DNA from: Blasia pusilla
Lineage: Eukaryota
Direction: 5' to 3'
DNA length: 64,000 nucleotides
NCBI GenBank assembly: GCA_050084515.1
Contig: CM114271.1
Coordinates: forward strand, 25,420,001 to 25,484,000
Part shown: one piece after another, positions 11,998 through 24,129 of the stretch
Position numbering within the stretch: the first letter of the stretch is position 1
How the letters are laid out: each line of letters starts with the position of its first letter
Translations under genes and position numbers: made by a program
The notes under the pieces: generated by a model
What the model saw: the letters and a program-made list of their open reading frames with translations, nothing else
Told to the model about the DNA's origin: nothing
Database searches by the model: none

Positions 11998-14775
11998 TCG
12001 GGCTCAAAGATCCAAGCATTGTAACTTTGAATCAATTAGACCATTGCATATGTAATCCCATCACCAAAAATTTCTAGTTTTGTTTGTAACATTTCGCCTA
12101 TAATCCCACCAAAAGGAATGTAATTTTTTGTACACTATGCAAAAATCCTACATCACTTTGAGTTGATTGCAACATTACACATGAGATCCCAATCCTCATA
12201 TGTTGAAATTTTCTACATCACTATGCATAATGTTCACTACATAAAAATTCTCCCAAAACAATATTACTACTTGCAACATACTCATTCGAGCATCTCTATT
12301 ACTACGCAAAATTCAACTACAGTAAATCTACTAAGAGATATTTTCACACTCTCAACCATCATGCAATCTACATACCAAAAGGAGGATTTCTTTTTATGGG
12401 TGTTCCATTCTAATTACAACCCCCACTAATAGCCCATAATTTCCGAAAGGTAACATATTTGTATTCCTTCTAAACTATCAAAGTATAGATCTTCCATAGT
12501 GCTCCTTATGGGACGGGATTTGGACTTGATACTTCATCAATTCCTCCTCTTAGCATTATTATCCTTATCCATGTGTTAGTATTATTATTCTCATATATTA
12601 TTTGTTTCATATTTTCATTATAGTTTTTCATTCCTTCTCACATCCACTTTTCCTTTGCCATCCACCATTTAAAAAATTAAGTTCTAGATTAAACTACTAG
12701 TTTTCCACTATCAACCATCATACAATCTATATACTAGCTCTCGAGGATTTTATTTTTTAATGATACCATTCATATTTCTTTATTTATTTAAAATTATAAA
12801 TATTTTTTTGATTTATTACCCCTACAAACACTCCCTTCCTTTCTTCTCGAATGAAAAAAATTTTGATATTATTTTGAAATAGAAAAAAAAACATTTTCTT
12901 ATTTCTGATTGTCACATGTCAAACATAGAAATCTTAACAGATAAAACAAATAAGATATTACACGTGTAAGTACCAAAACGAACTCTTTAATATATTGCTA
13001 TTATAAGGTGCATACTTTCCCACCGATTACTTTCCGAGGGAGGCGTGAGCCAGAGTGCCCCCGCTAGCAAGCGCTGAGCCCAGTCTAGCGAACGCGATGC
13101 CCGGCATCCGGAGCTGGCGGCCCCGCAAAGTGACACGAGTCTGCGAGGGACCGCGGTCACACCGCACAGCGACTGTCCCCGAAAGCGACTGGCATCGCAA
13201 GAGAAATGGCTGTAGAATGAAAGAAGAAAATTACTCACCTCAATCTGCGGAGATAACGCGCGAAGTCCCGTGAATGCATCTGCGCAGTCTGGACAAATCG
13301 GTGGTGAGGGAGAGGTAGCGCCCCTGTCGCAGTGTAGGAGAGTGCCGGACTATTGCAGCACGCTCCTCGATCCAGCTGTGTACTTTCCTCTCCCGACTGC
13401 ATATATGCACCGGGCATCAGGTCTGGCATTGGGGATTTTTCATGTAGAAGTCGGAGAATATGCGGTGATTTGTTCCGGAGCGAGTCGTTTGAGATCGTAT
13501 TTGAGTGCGAGCGATCTGGAAAACTTCGGAGAAGAGGGCCCGTTTCCACGGGTTTAGAGGACGACTTCACGAAGGTTGAGAGTGTGGAGTGTTGAAGAGG
13601 AGTCCGAGAATTTGGTGGAAGTTACAGTAAAACGATCTTTTCAGAGGAGACGCAAAGTAGGTTCACGAGATTTTCTGTCCGCACCCGAGACCGTGTTGGA
13701 GAACCAAGGAGCTTCCGCAAATTGCGAGCGAGTTCCAAGTGAAGGTAAGGTGTGTGGATTTCCTGTGATTGCTTCCGTTGTCTCCTTTTGGGACTCTTTG
13801 ACTGGGGATTTAGCCCGCTCCGTCGATGTGTCTGGCGCTTTTCACCAGCTCTCATAACAACTGACGAGTAAATGTGTCATTCGGCACAACATCTATGGCT
13901 CGAAACGTTTTGATCCTGTAGATCTTCTTAGCTTGTCGAGCTTGTTGGCCTGTCCGATCGACTATCTGTAAGCGTAAGATCAGGTCAAACCCGAATCATC
14001 ACGGTTTTATCATCACACTAGCTAGCATATGCACATCCATTTTCCTTCTACGGTACCATTGTCGGTTGTGATCACATGGACTTCGAATCAACGGTGGAAT
14101 CAGGAACCGTGGATCGGCTGTGGTAGTTGATCCCGTTGTACAGGATCGAGAGTCTTGAGAATTGGCCCATTTTTTGAAACTGGTTTCAAGCAAATTAACG
14201 AAACACAGAACTTTTGAGTAACCTTCGTTCTAGGAAATTGGTTAGCGTGTATAGGATCAGCCAGGGTTTGTCAGATTATTTTTTGTTCTCAACCTTTGTC
14301 AACAATCCAGAGGGAGATTTCGATGTCTCTCCAAAGAGCTATGGCGAGATGCCTCAAGGTGTTGTCGCGTTTCCACCACCAGTGAGCTATCCACTTAGTT
14401 TTCCAACCATTATTGCCGGACAGTCGATGTGACCGATGGCATAGGGATGGCGCTGGCACAATTTTCGATCTGCCATTATTTAATTGCACACTGGCGTGGC
14501 TAAAAACTTACCCAAGCACGAATTCAATCCTTCGCGGCAAGAACTCAATTGCATGGTCTTCAATTCATCCTCTTTTTCTACCTAGGGCATGGATGGTCCA
14601 TGTTCGAGAGAGAGCTCGCCGTGTGTGTCTTTCATGTGTGTGCCTTGACTATGCTCCGGGTTAAAAATTCCACCCTTAAAAAAAAACAAAAACCAAATCT
14701 TTTCAGGTGATGTGCGATGCCTGTCAGATGCGATGCCAATTTCACACATGTGGAAGGGGTCCCATTAGCCAGATC

Positions 14776-14913
14776 GGCTTCCCGTGAACTAAAAATCTAC
14801 TGTACTCTCTCCAAGCACAGTCCAACCAGGGTGCGGGGTCTATGGCTTCCCGTGGACTAAAAATCTACTGTACTCTCTCCAAGCACAGTCCAACCAGGGT
14901 GCGGGGTCTATGG
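14776..14913. repeat. Tandem duplication, 2 x 68 bp
   Basis: GGCTTCCCGTG(A/G)ACTAAAAATCTACTGTACTCTCTCCAAGCACAGTCCAACCAGGGTGCGGGGTCTAT occurs twice with one mismatch. Confidence 0.95.
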
Positions 14914-17309
14914 TCGCAAGGCTACGACAGGCACTACTTAATGAGTACAGTCTCTCTCTCTCATACCTGAATTTGTCCAGTTCGTCTCCTCCTTCGAGTT
15001 CTTCATTAGTTTGCTGAAAGAGGGCGTCGTCGTATAGAGTGAAGGATTTTCTGAAATGAAGTCATGTGTCTAGGTTCTTAGGCGTGTTATTTCCAGGTCG
15101 AATATTTTTATCTTTCATGATGAATTTGATCTCTCAATACTAATTTGAACATGCGTCGGCCATTCCGTTCGACATGCCTTCAAGTTGTAGTAAGTCTCGA
15201 TTTGGCTTCAGGTAGATATGAAATCCCTAGAGCTTCTATGTTTTCCAGTGGCTATCAGAGATGATGTGTGGAAGCGTCTGCATCCAAAACAGACTCCGTA
15301 GTACGAGCCTTGTTCGTTCTCTGACGAACTTACCTCGGAAGTGAGACGCTGCGAACTTTTCTGAGGTTATCAATGGTAGTAATCTGATAAAACCCGATCA
15401 AGCTTATGAATCTTTGTTTTGATGCTTGGATGGGTCGGGTTAGCTTAACTTCACTGCAGTTCTAGGGCTGGGTAATCCCGCTTTCAACCTCGAGCTCCAC
15501 TTCAATTTCCCCAATTTTATAGCCAGTTGGCAAGTTACGTCGAGTAGAGATTTTGCAGATGTCGATAGCTGAAAACGTTGATCAATATTTTATCTTAAGA
15601 GTGTCCAAATTCTTGCAATAGGTTTGAGGTATCCATAGGTTATTGGTAACTACAATTCGTGTTACAGTACTTCCAGATCTAGCTTCTCTTCGCCAATATC
15701 CTCATGAATGTCTCCTCTTTTTTCCCAGATGAATGAAGCACGAATCCTACTGCCTGTGAGAATTGAGGGATTTGCTCTGCTGGGATTAAACCCGGGTTCC
15801 CTGTCAATCAATACGGAAACTGCGGAGAGAAATTGATCTTAGAGGTTTAGAGAAATTCACCTGTTCGAAGGGAGCATCTAAATAGTGACATTCTAACAGT
15901 AGACCTCTCAAAAAATGGGCAGAGACATCTAAATATTGGCAAAGTAAGAATCATCGGCATGTTACGACAATTCATAGCACAGCTTCCGCAAAGGAACCAA
16001 TAGTTTTCACACTACCTAATATGGTATTGTGGGTGGTCGAGAAGGCTTCCAAATGTCACGGATAGGAAGCATGAGCATGTTTTCTGCAGTCTTGAGTTAT
16101 GTGGGACCCTAAACTTCTGGTTACATATGTGAAATTTCGTAGAACCTTATTCTCCAATTTTTTAGGGTCTTTTCTAGAATAGAATAAACTGTCTCGTCCC
16201 CTTGCGTGACACATGGTGATAAGCGAGGAAAGTATCAGATCCTTGCGAGAATTTATCCTATCCTTACAGTTGCAATTGACTCAAATGATCTCGTAGCGGA
16301 TTTGAGTTCAGCGAGTGATGACTGTAATTGCGTCAGGTCCGAAAGATCCTCACTTAATAGGAGTCTAGCAAACAATACATAAGCTTCCGATATGGGCTTT
16401 TCGAGCTCAGCCAGATCTGCTGATACTAAGAAAGCTTCGGTAGCCGATCAAAAGATTTGGGGAGTCTTATCGTGCAACCGTTGTGTTTGTCCTAGTGCAG
16501 TCACTCCGAGAATGCAGCTTCTCCTGTTGCAAGCGGTCCTCTTGTTTATCTGCGGGACATGGTTGACCACTAAGGGCACATTTTCGAACTGATTTGCAAG
16601 GTAGACATCTTCACCTGTTCAGCTTCAGATCGTCCAGCTGCCACGAAGGGCCCTTAGCACCAACTGCAAGATGGCACTAAAATTGCTGCACTCTTGCTTT
16701 GATGATGTTACACCGAAAAAAGAGTAGCAGTCTAGGTTTTGGGGTTTTCCTCCAGCTTTCTCTGCAGATTTGTGTGGACAGAGACGCTCTCTTTATAATC
16801 TCCATGGGTGGTTCTGGTGGGAGGATCGTTGTAGGGACTTCTGCATCTTTGTTTACTGCTACTTGAAGAACCGCGCCTGACCTTATTATAACGAAAAAAT
16901 CAACTTACTGAACTGTCAATTCTGAATTGGTTAGAGAATTGAACATGGGATGGTGAGACCTTCAGTAATCTTTGAACTGCAAGCACTGGTCACCTTCGAA
17001 TGAAGATGACTGTGAACTGATCTTCTTGTAGTATACTGCATAAACCCAGATCTACAACCGTGTACATTAAACTACGAGTGACTGGGATCACTAGTCGATT
17101 TTTCCTGAAGTCCTGTTTTCAAGTATGTGTAATCGCAGTACTCATCATGCAATCTGGTGTAAACCATCGTCATGTCATCGATTTGCCAAAATCTGACATG
17201 CAGATTCTGCTTCAAGTGCTCTGTGAAGCACGCTAGGTGCTTTGGGACGGGCAGGCGATCGTATATGTGACTTTTGGAAGATGCATCGCAGGTGATTGTA
17301 GGCTTGGAG

Positions 17310-18707
17310 ATGCACGCAGGAGAAGCAGTCATGGCTCGGAAGTTGCCACACTTGATCATGCGAGGGGGAACTTCGCGAGGGGTCTATATCCTGAAAGAGC
17401 ACCTGCCCATGCAGGACGACAACATCAGCAAAGTGCTGCTCGCTGCCATGGGGACTGTGTATGCGCATCCGGGGGAACACTTCCAACTCGACAGAGATAG
17501 GAAAGTCGGTGGCGGTTGCCAAGTGAATGGACTGGGCGGCGGAACTTCCATCACGAACAAGGTCGCCATTCTGTCCAGATCCGCATATAAGGGCGTGGAC
17601 GTGGACTACCGCTTCGCCCAGGTCAGCACTTCCAAAGCTTACGTAGACTTCGAGCCCAGCTGTGGCAACATTCTCGCCGGTGTGGGTCCCGCGGCGATCG
17701 AAATGGGCCTGGTGAGCAAACTGGGCAGGGAGGTCACCAAGGTGGTGATCCGAGCGACGAATAATGGCACCCTGGTGGAGGCCGTGGTGAGGACTCCCCA
17801 GCAGAAGCTGGCATACGACATAATAACGAGCGACCAGGTGGACGGCGACGGGGCACTCCGACATCAACCCGCTCCGGTGCTGCTGAATTTCATGGACGTG
17901 GTGGGATCCACGAGTGGAGGCCGGCTCCTGCCGACGAACAACGTCGTCGACGTCATCGACGGTGTGGAGGTCACCTGCATCGACGTGGCGATTCCCATGG
18001 TCATCGCCAGGGCGTCGTCCATGGGCAAGACCGGCTACGAGTGCAAGCAGGAGTATGACCATGACTGTCACTTCTTCGCGCGTCTGGAAGCCATTCGCCG
18101 GAAAGCTGGACTGCTCATGGGGCTGGGCGACGTCGCGGGTCGGGTTCTCCCCAAGTTTGGCCTCGTCGCGGAGCCCCGGTCTCCTGGCGCCAGCTTCACG
18201 GCGCGCTACTTCGTCCCCGATTCGTGCCACCCCGCGATGGCTGTCACCGGAGCCATCTGCATGAGCAGCTGCAGCATCCTCAAGGACTCGGTGGCGTACG
18301 ACCTCGCCCGGCGCTCGTCCGTGCCGGTCGATTCCTGCTGCCATCCCGGACTCACTCATGACGAGGTGGTCATCGAGCACCCGTCTGGATCCATCAAGGT
18401 CTTGCTCAAGTCTTTGCAGAAACCCGACACGCGGGAGATGCACGTGGTCAGCGCCGGGATCGAGAGAACTGCGCGTTGGATATCTGCAGGGGTCGCGTTC
18501 GTTCCGGATCATTGGGAGCGTGAGGAGCCGAGGGTGGACATCCACGCAACGATTTTAATGAGCACCGAAACAGTCATTCCTGAGGAGAAGGTGAACTACG
18601 AAATGAACGGGTGCGAAACCTCCAAAGCCGAAAGCTTGAGAAAGGAGATCGACTCCCAATTCCAACAATTCAGGCATATTTTCTCTTACGGTAGTAAAGT
18701 AGAGTAG
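17310..18707 (+). CDS. PrpF-family isomerase (4-oxalomesaconate tautomerase GalD/LigU-like, diaminopimelate-epimerase fold), single coding exon
   Basis: Uninterrupted ORF (first in-frame ATG 17310, alternative 17331) with family motifs MRGGTSRG, GLGGGTSITNKVAI, DVDYRFAQV, SCGNILAGVGPAAIE, PKFGLV, CHPAMAVTGA, IEHPSG and RTAR. Strong G/C bias at third codon positions. Confidence 0.9.
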   Translation: MHAGEAVMARKLPHLIMRGGTSRGVYILKEHLPMQDDNISKVLLAAMGTVYAHPGEHFQLDRDRKVGGGCQVNGLGGGTSITNKVAILSRSAYKGVDVDYRFAQVSTSKAYVDFEPSCGNILAGVGPAAIEMGLVSKLGREVTKVVIRATNNGTLVEAVVRTPQQKLAYDIITSDQVDGDGALRHQPAPVLLNFMDVVGSTSGGRLLPTNNVVDVIDGVEVTCIDVAIPMVIARASSMGKTGYECKQEYDHDCHFFARLEAIRRKAGLLMGLGDVAGRVLPKFGLVAEPRSPGASFTARYFVPDSCHPAMAVTGAICMSSCSILKDSVAYDLARRSSVPVDSCCHPGLTHDEVVIEHPSGSIKVLLKSLQKPDTREMHVVSAGIERTARWISAGVAFVPDHWEREEPRVDIHATILMSTETVIPEEKVNYEMNGCETSKAESLRKEIDSQFQQFRHIFSYGSKVE

Positions 18708-21700
18708 ACCACTCTCTTACGGGAATAGGTGTCATCCCTCTCTTACGGAAATAAGTGCCCTTACCCGCCTCTAGCCGACCGGGCAAACTCGCAGCGTCTA
18801 TACGACATACTCTCGTGATTGATGACTTTCTTAGTTAGTCCCGATACTCTCTCCGACCCACGTATCAAATACATATGTAGTGAAATGGTCTAAGGATCGG
18901 CCTAAGTATGTTTCCACACCAGATTCGTAGACTAAACTGGCCTCCAAACCTTTCCGAGGGCCCTTTGCTGGCGCGCTGTTGATGTACTTTTGCGATGTGC
19001 ATTCGTTGGTGATCCCGTGGCTATATGAGACTAGTAGAGGTCCTACGTGGAGCACGGAGTCAATAGCTCTGGTGCTCGGGAAACATTTTCTTATTGCCCT
19101 ACATTTGCAAAAGGACTCTTTGCAAACTAGAAAACTATCCTCCGATCCCTTTTAGCTTTGTTCGAGCATGGGTGTATTTCATCTCCCCTTCGAGGCTTAA
19201 AGTCGAATTAGTAAAGTTTAAAATAGAAGTAGAAAGGACCTCTGCCCCGGAAGTCTCTTTTAACCTGATGTTCATTACTATTTCTTTCTTTTAATTCTTG
19301 GCACTTCAGCTACTCCACAGCACAAGTGTCAACACGTCAAAGTTTTTTCCCCACCATGCATTGATTCCAAAAGTGTTTTAGGGACGATGGAGTGGTTAAT
19401 TAAGCGGTTTTTCGTTAACCCAAATCTTATCTGTGGAAGGTAACCCAAACAGCGCGCTGTACCCCAAACATTAGTCAATCAACACAAGGAACAAACATCA
19501 AACCCTTTGAGAGTGTCGTAGTGTTTGAAGGGAAGAGATGATTCGTCGGAGAAGAAGATGGGTAGATGTTAAGAATTTTACTTGTAACTATTTCCATTGT
19601 GATCCAATCTTTTCAATGTTAGGCCGAACGTGTTCATCTTTTCAAGCTTGAACTTTGGGGTTTTTTTTTTTACTTAAGATGGAGTTTTCCAAAGTTCTAG
19701 GGATTTTTGGACCTCCTTCTCTCCTAAACGACCTCATTGATTCTTAAACGCAATTTCACACATAGCGCTTTTCTTATAAAGTGATATCGGGTTACCATCG
19801 GTTTAAGGTATTCCTCTTGCTTTTCTCGATCTTTTGATACGGGCTAGGCTCAGCATTACGAACTCATTCCCTCATAGCAGTCATCAGTGGGTGGTTCACT
19901 TTCTCCTCACATCCTCTTTTTTGGTGTTTCCAATCTCTTTCATAACTTTCTTCTGGAATGTCGGTTTTGGACGTGTTTGGTCTTGTTTCGATTGTCTCAT
20001 GAGCTCGTTCTTATCATACCAAGTAGGTTTTCTAGTTTTTCTTTCTTATCCGTAAGCGCTTTTTATGGTATACGAGTTTGTTTTAGGTCAATTCCTCTCA
20101 AACTTCTTCCTTGCTCTTTCAACTCTTTACTTTACTATTTCCCCCCTACATGCATTTGCTATCTCCTTAGGACATTAGAAATTCATATTTTGATCCACTT
20201 CTTCCGATACCATATATATCACTGTTCCTTTTCAAAAAAAAATATACTTCTTAAAGTAATTTTCAATAATAAGTTCGTTATTTCCTAATCTTAATCTCTC
20301 CATCTAAATTTCTTTTATACGGAGTCCACTACTTTTGTTTTGTTTCATGCTTACTCCAAACCGCGTTTCATATGTCTTCCCTTGTCTCTGATGACTTGCC
20401 TACCTTTGCTTCTATGGCATTAGAGATGGAGCTGGATTCTCCATCTACTTGCTTCTTTGGTTTTACACGCCCTCCTACGACCATAACCTCTCCCCCTGGT
20501 TCACCTCCTCATCGTACATCTCACCATTTTCGTCCAAATACTAATACATCCATTACACTCTCTGCATTTCTTCTAGATTCTCCTCTTCTCCCCCGTTTGT
20601 CATGTCCTAATGAGCCTAATATTGATCCATTATTACCAAATCCTACAACTTTTCCAATCCTCACATATCTCATCTATGCCCTTACTTCCAACTCCCATCT
20701 ATTCTACCCTTATCTCCCCTCTTCCTCTTCCTCTTTCCCCAACCTACTTATCCCCTCATCGTCGTCCACCATCACTTCTTGCACCTCCCACCTCCTCTCC
20801 TTATAACTCTTCTACTTCTCCATTTGTACAAAAGGTTCGTTGCATACCTTGTGGTAAGGAGTTTGCTCCTAATGGGATCAAAAGACATGAGCGGTACTAT
20901 TGATCCATGCATGAGCCTTCAATCCCTAACCCGATACCTCCTCCTACTACGATCCCCACAATAACGGCTTGGACCTGGTTAAGCCAAATTGATCTCCTTC
21001 ACTCTTTCCATCCAGGTCTCCCTCGTCCTAGGCTCTACACTCGCATTTCTATTGCTCCTCATCCCATTATCCAACAAGCTTTGATTTTTCCATTAGAAAG
21101 GTTAGTTCATGATTCCACATATATAAATGCTTGGTATCTCCTATTACTCTTCCCACAATGGGTTTTAGTCCTCCCTCCAAGGGATTGTACGACGGATCAT
21201 TGTCAAACCTCCACACGTATTCAGCACTTTATGTCTAGGGATTGGGAGAATCATCAGAATGAGCATGTACTTCGAGCAGAGGCCTTAGCTGGGGCTCATC
21301 CCACTCAAAATGCTAATCATGGAGGCCTTCAATACAACAACGCCTTTAACGAAGTCTACTTTTGGGGCATGTTGGTGAGTTTTCACATGTGGCTTGAGCA
21401 TTGGATCCTCTCTCTCTGACGGTTCCAAGTGCGAACACAGTGGCTCTCTTAGAAGCTCTTCACCCTCCTTCAAGTGGTAATGCACCACCTTTTGTGGAAG
21501 ACTATACAACGGATCTTGACTTGGAGCTTGACTTGGAGGTTTTCACAAGGGCTTTTCTTCATACTCCATGCTTATCAGCAAGCGGGCTATCAGGGATGGT
21601 TTTTTAGCATCTCCACGATTACTGTATCCCGCCAGATTCAGTAAGTGGCTTTATCTCTCTATAGAAGGTGTGTGCACATATTGCGCCTGGTCGTCTCCCA

Positions 21701-22950
21701 TTCTCTATCTCTAGGCTCCTAGGGGCTTGGGGTTTGTTGGCTATGGATAAGACTCCTTTAGGTGTCTTCCATATGGCTATTGGAGAGGTTTTATACCGCT
21801 TGGTTAGTCGATCCTTATGCTTGCAATTTCGTCCTCACTTTAGTGCCCACTTATTTCCTCATTAATTTGGAGTGGCAACTCCTGATGGTTTTGAGGCTAT
21901 GGTGCATGGGATTCGCTCCACTTTTAATATTCATCCTGAATGGATAGCAATTCAAGTCGATGTGGCTAACACATTCAATTCACTTTCTCGTACGACCATC
22001 TTTGAGGAGTAATATTATGCAAGAGGAGTTACGTTATGCATGAGGACAACTTGCGAGTCTCATTCCATTTTTTTGCTCCTTCTATGCCTATGATACGCCC
22101 ATTATCTATTCTCATCATGCTACTTCCCGGGAATATAGTATTCTCCAATCGGCTTGTTGCACGTGTCAAGGTGATACCATGGATGGCCCGCTCTTTGCCA
22201 TTGCCCATTTTCGTGCCCTTTGAGTATCAACGCAAGCACTTCCATCTTGTCTTTTCCCTTCTATTGCTAATGACACTCACATTATAGGTCCTCCTTCTGA
22301 AGTGGTTCTTGCTTATACCCATTTCGTAGAGCAACTCTCTTTCTTAAACCGTAAAGTCCAACCTATTAAATGTGGAGTATGGTCTCCTTCATGCCTTCCC
22401 TCAACATTCATCCCGCCTACTCTTGAATTTCCTATCTACATTGAAGGGTTTAGGGTTCTTCAAGTCCCAATTGGCTTCATCGACTATGTCTCAAAGTTCT
22501 TGGATGAGATCCTTTTGAAAGACGTGGAATGGTCTAATTTTTTACCTCATCTAGGGGATCCCCAAGTGGCTTATGGGATTCTCTCCCAATATTTTACGAC
22601 ATCCTTCCTACCTTCTTCGAACTTGTCCTGTCACATCTGAGTAGTCGATAGGCCAAGATCTATCGTGGATAGGGCGTAGGAGCCAACGGACTATCTTGAG
22701 TGTAACTTTGTCCCACGGTGTCATATAAGGTTGAGGATAGGTCTATTGTGCCAGGAACGTCGTTTCTGACAACTTTCATGTTGAGGTCTTTCACAGCCCG
22801 GTGACTTGTTGACCAGGTCACCCGCCCCTGGTAACGTGTGCGCGCAGGTTATCAAGGAGAGGGCTATTTTTAGGGGAAGAGCCTTTTGGCTCTTTCCAAC
22901 CCTATATAAGAGAGGAAGGTGGCTTTCCTAGGCCATCTTTCCTCAGCCAT

Positions 22951-23810
22951 CAGTACCTTTATGTGGAGAGAGATGAGACCGCGCGGCGAGTATCATTACG
23001 TTACGTGGCGAGATTGGTCTAGAGGTATCTTGAGTTGTTGCCGATATCTGTAGTACGGGGATATCAACATACACTACCTGCCGACATCTCTTTGGTGGGG
23101 GCGCAGGATCTGGATAGAGTTTGCACCATTCATTTGGTGATTCTTGGATGGTCATGTCAGGGTCATTCATCAGCTAGCCGAGGATTTGGATTGCAGGATC
23201 CGAGGTCAGGGATGTTTTGGGAGATGCTGCGAGTAGTACGACACTTGCAGGAGAGTCAGACATGTTCTCCAACGTACATTTTGGAGAACGTGCCATTGTT
23301 GGGAGACACTCGTGCACGTGTGATGACGAGTGTGCATCAGGTGAGGTCCTGGTTGGGACCTGCTGTATTGCTAAATGCGGCGAGAGTTGGATCACGTGCC
23401 CATCGTCCACGACTGTGGTGGACAAACCTGATACCATCAGAGGTACTAAGTCGAGCATATGATGGAGTCCAAAGAGCACCACATCTCATAGTGGATGCTA
23501 TTTTGGGCTCACGGCGTCAATCTCAGGTGGTGACACGGGATGATAGACCACCGTTGGCCATGGCCAATAGGATGGGGGAGTTGAGGGCAGCCTTACCTAC
23601 GTTGGTGAGCTTCCCAAAATCCGATGCCTTTCATCAGGGAGGGCCAAGCATGATTTGGGATGAGGTGACCGGAGCATTGGAGGAGCCTACAGCAGATGAG
23701 CGCTAGTGCGCCATGGGGTTCGCTACCGGTACTACGGCGGTGCCAGGGATGACTGAGGCATCCCGGAGACAGTTGTTGGGGATGGACCTCAATTGTCTCA
23801 CATGGATAGT
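22951..23810 (+). pseudogene. C5-cytosine DNA methyltransferase catalytic domain (DNMT3-like), retrotransposon-encoded, lacking motif I
   Basis: One frame: motif II YLYVERDETARRV; III DI; IV LVILGWSCQGHS (PC->SC); V GLQDPRSGMFWE; VI YILENV; VIII NAARVGSRAHRPRLWWTNL (cf. DNMT3A DAKEVSAAHRARYFWGNL); IX/X EPTADER*CAMGFATGTT...SRRQLLGMDL (cf. DNMT3A EMERVFGFPVHYT...ARQRLLG). Two in-frame TAG stops. Confidence 0.9.
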
Positions 23811-24129
23811 TAGCCTAGGTATGGCTGAGCATAGACGGATGCGAGTGTCATCCATGCCATCACGTCCACGAGTTGGACCATTGCCTACAGGGTCTGTTCA
23901 CGCATTGGCTGGGGGCGAGACGAGGAGAGATAGGCACTCATGGACTTCCTGGGACGTCGTTCGAGCGTAGAGTGGGAAGGCGGCTAGAGTAGCACATGTT
24001 CATTTTTCGGATGTGGAGCATGGTGTAGGAGGTCAGAGTGGAGTGGCTCTTGCGGAGGTGGCTAGGGTTGCTACATAGCAACCAAAGCCGGAGGTTGTGT
24101 CCTCTCCGAGTGAGGTCACGATGGAGACT

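Noticed and set aside
17175-18545. 456-aa antisense ORF
   Set aside because: Shadow of the GC3-biased PrpF-like gene on the opposite strand; no recognisable motifs.
22861-22950. In-frame GLFLGEE as a possible DNMT motif I
   Set aside because: Poor match to FxGxG, spacing to motif II is too long, and the DNA is LTR-like (TATA-like CCTATATAAG, partly homologous to the solo element).
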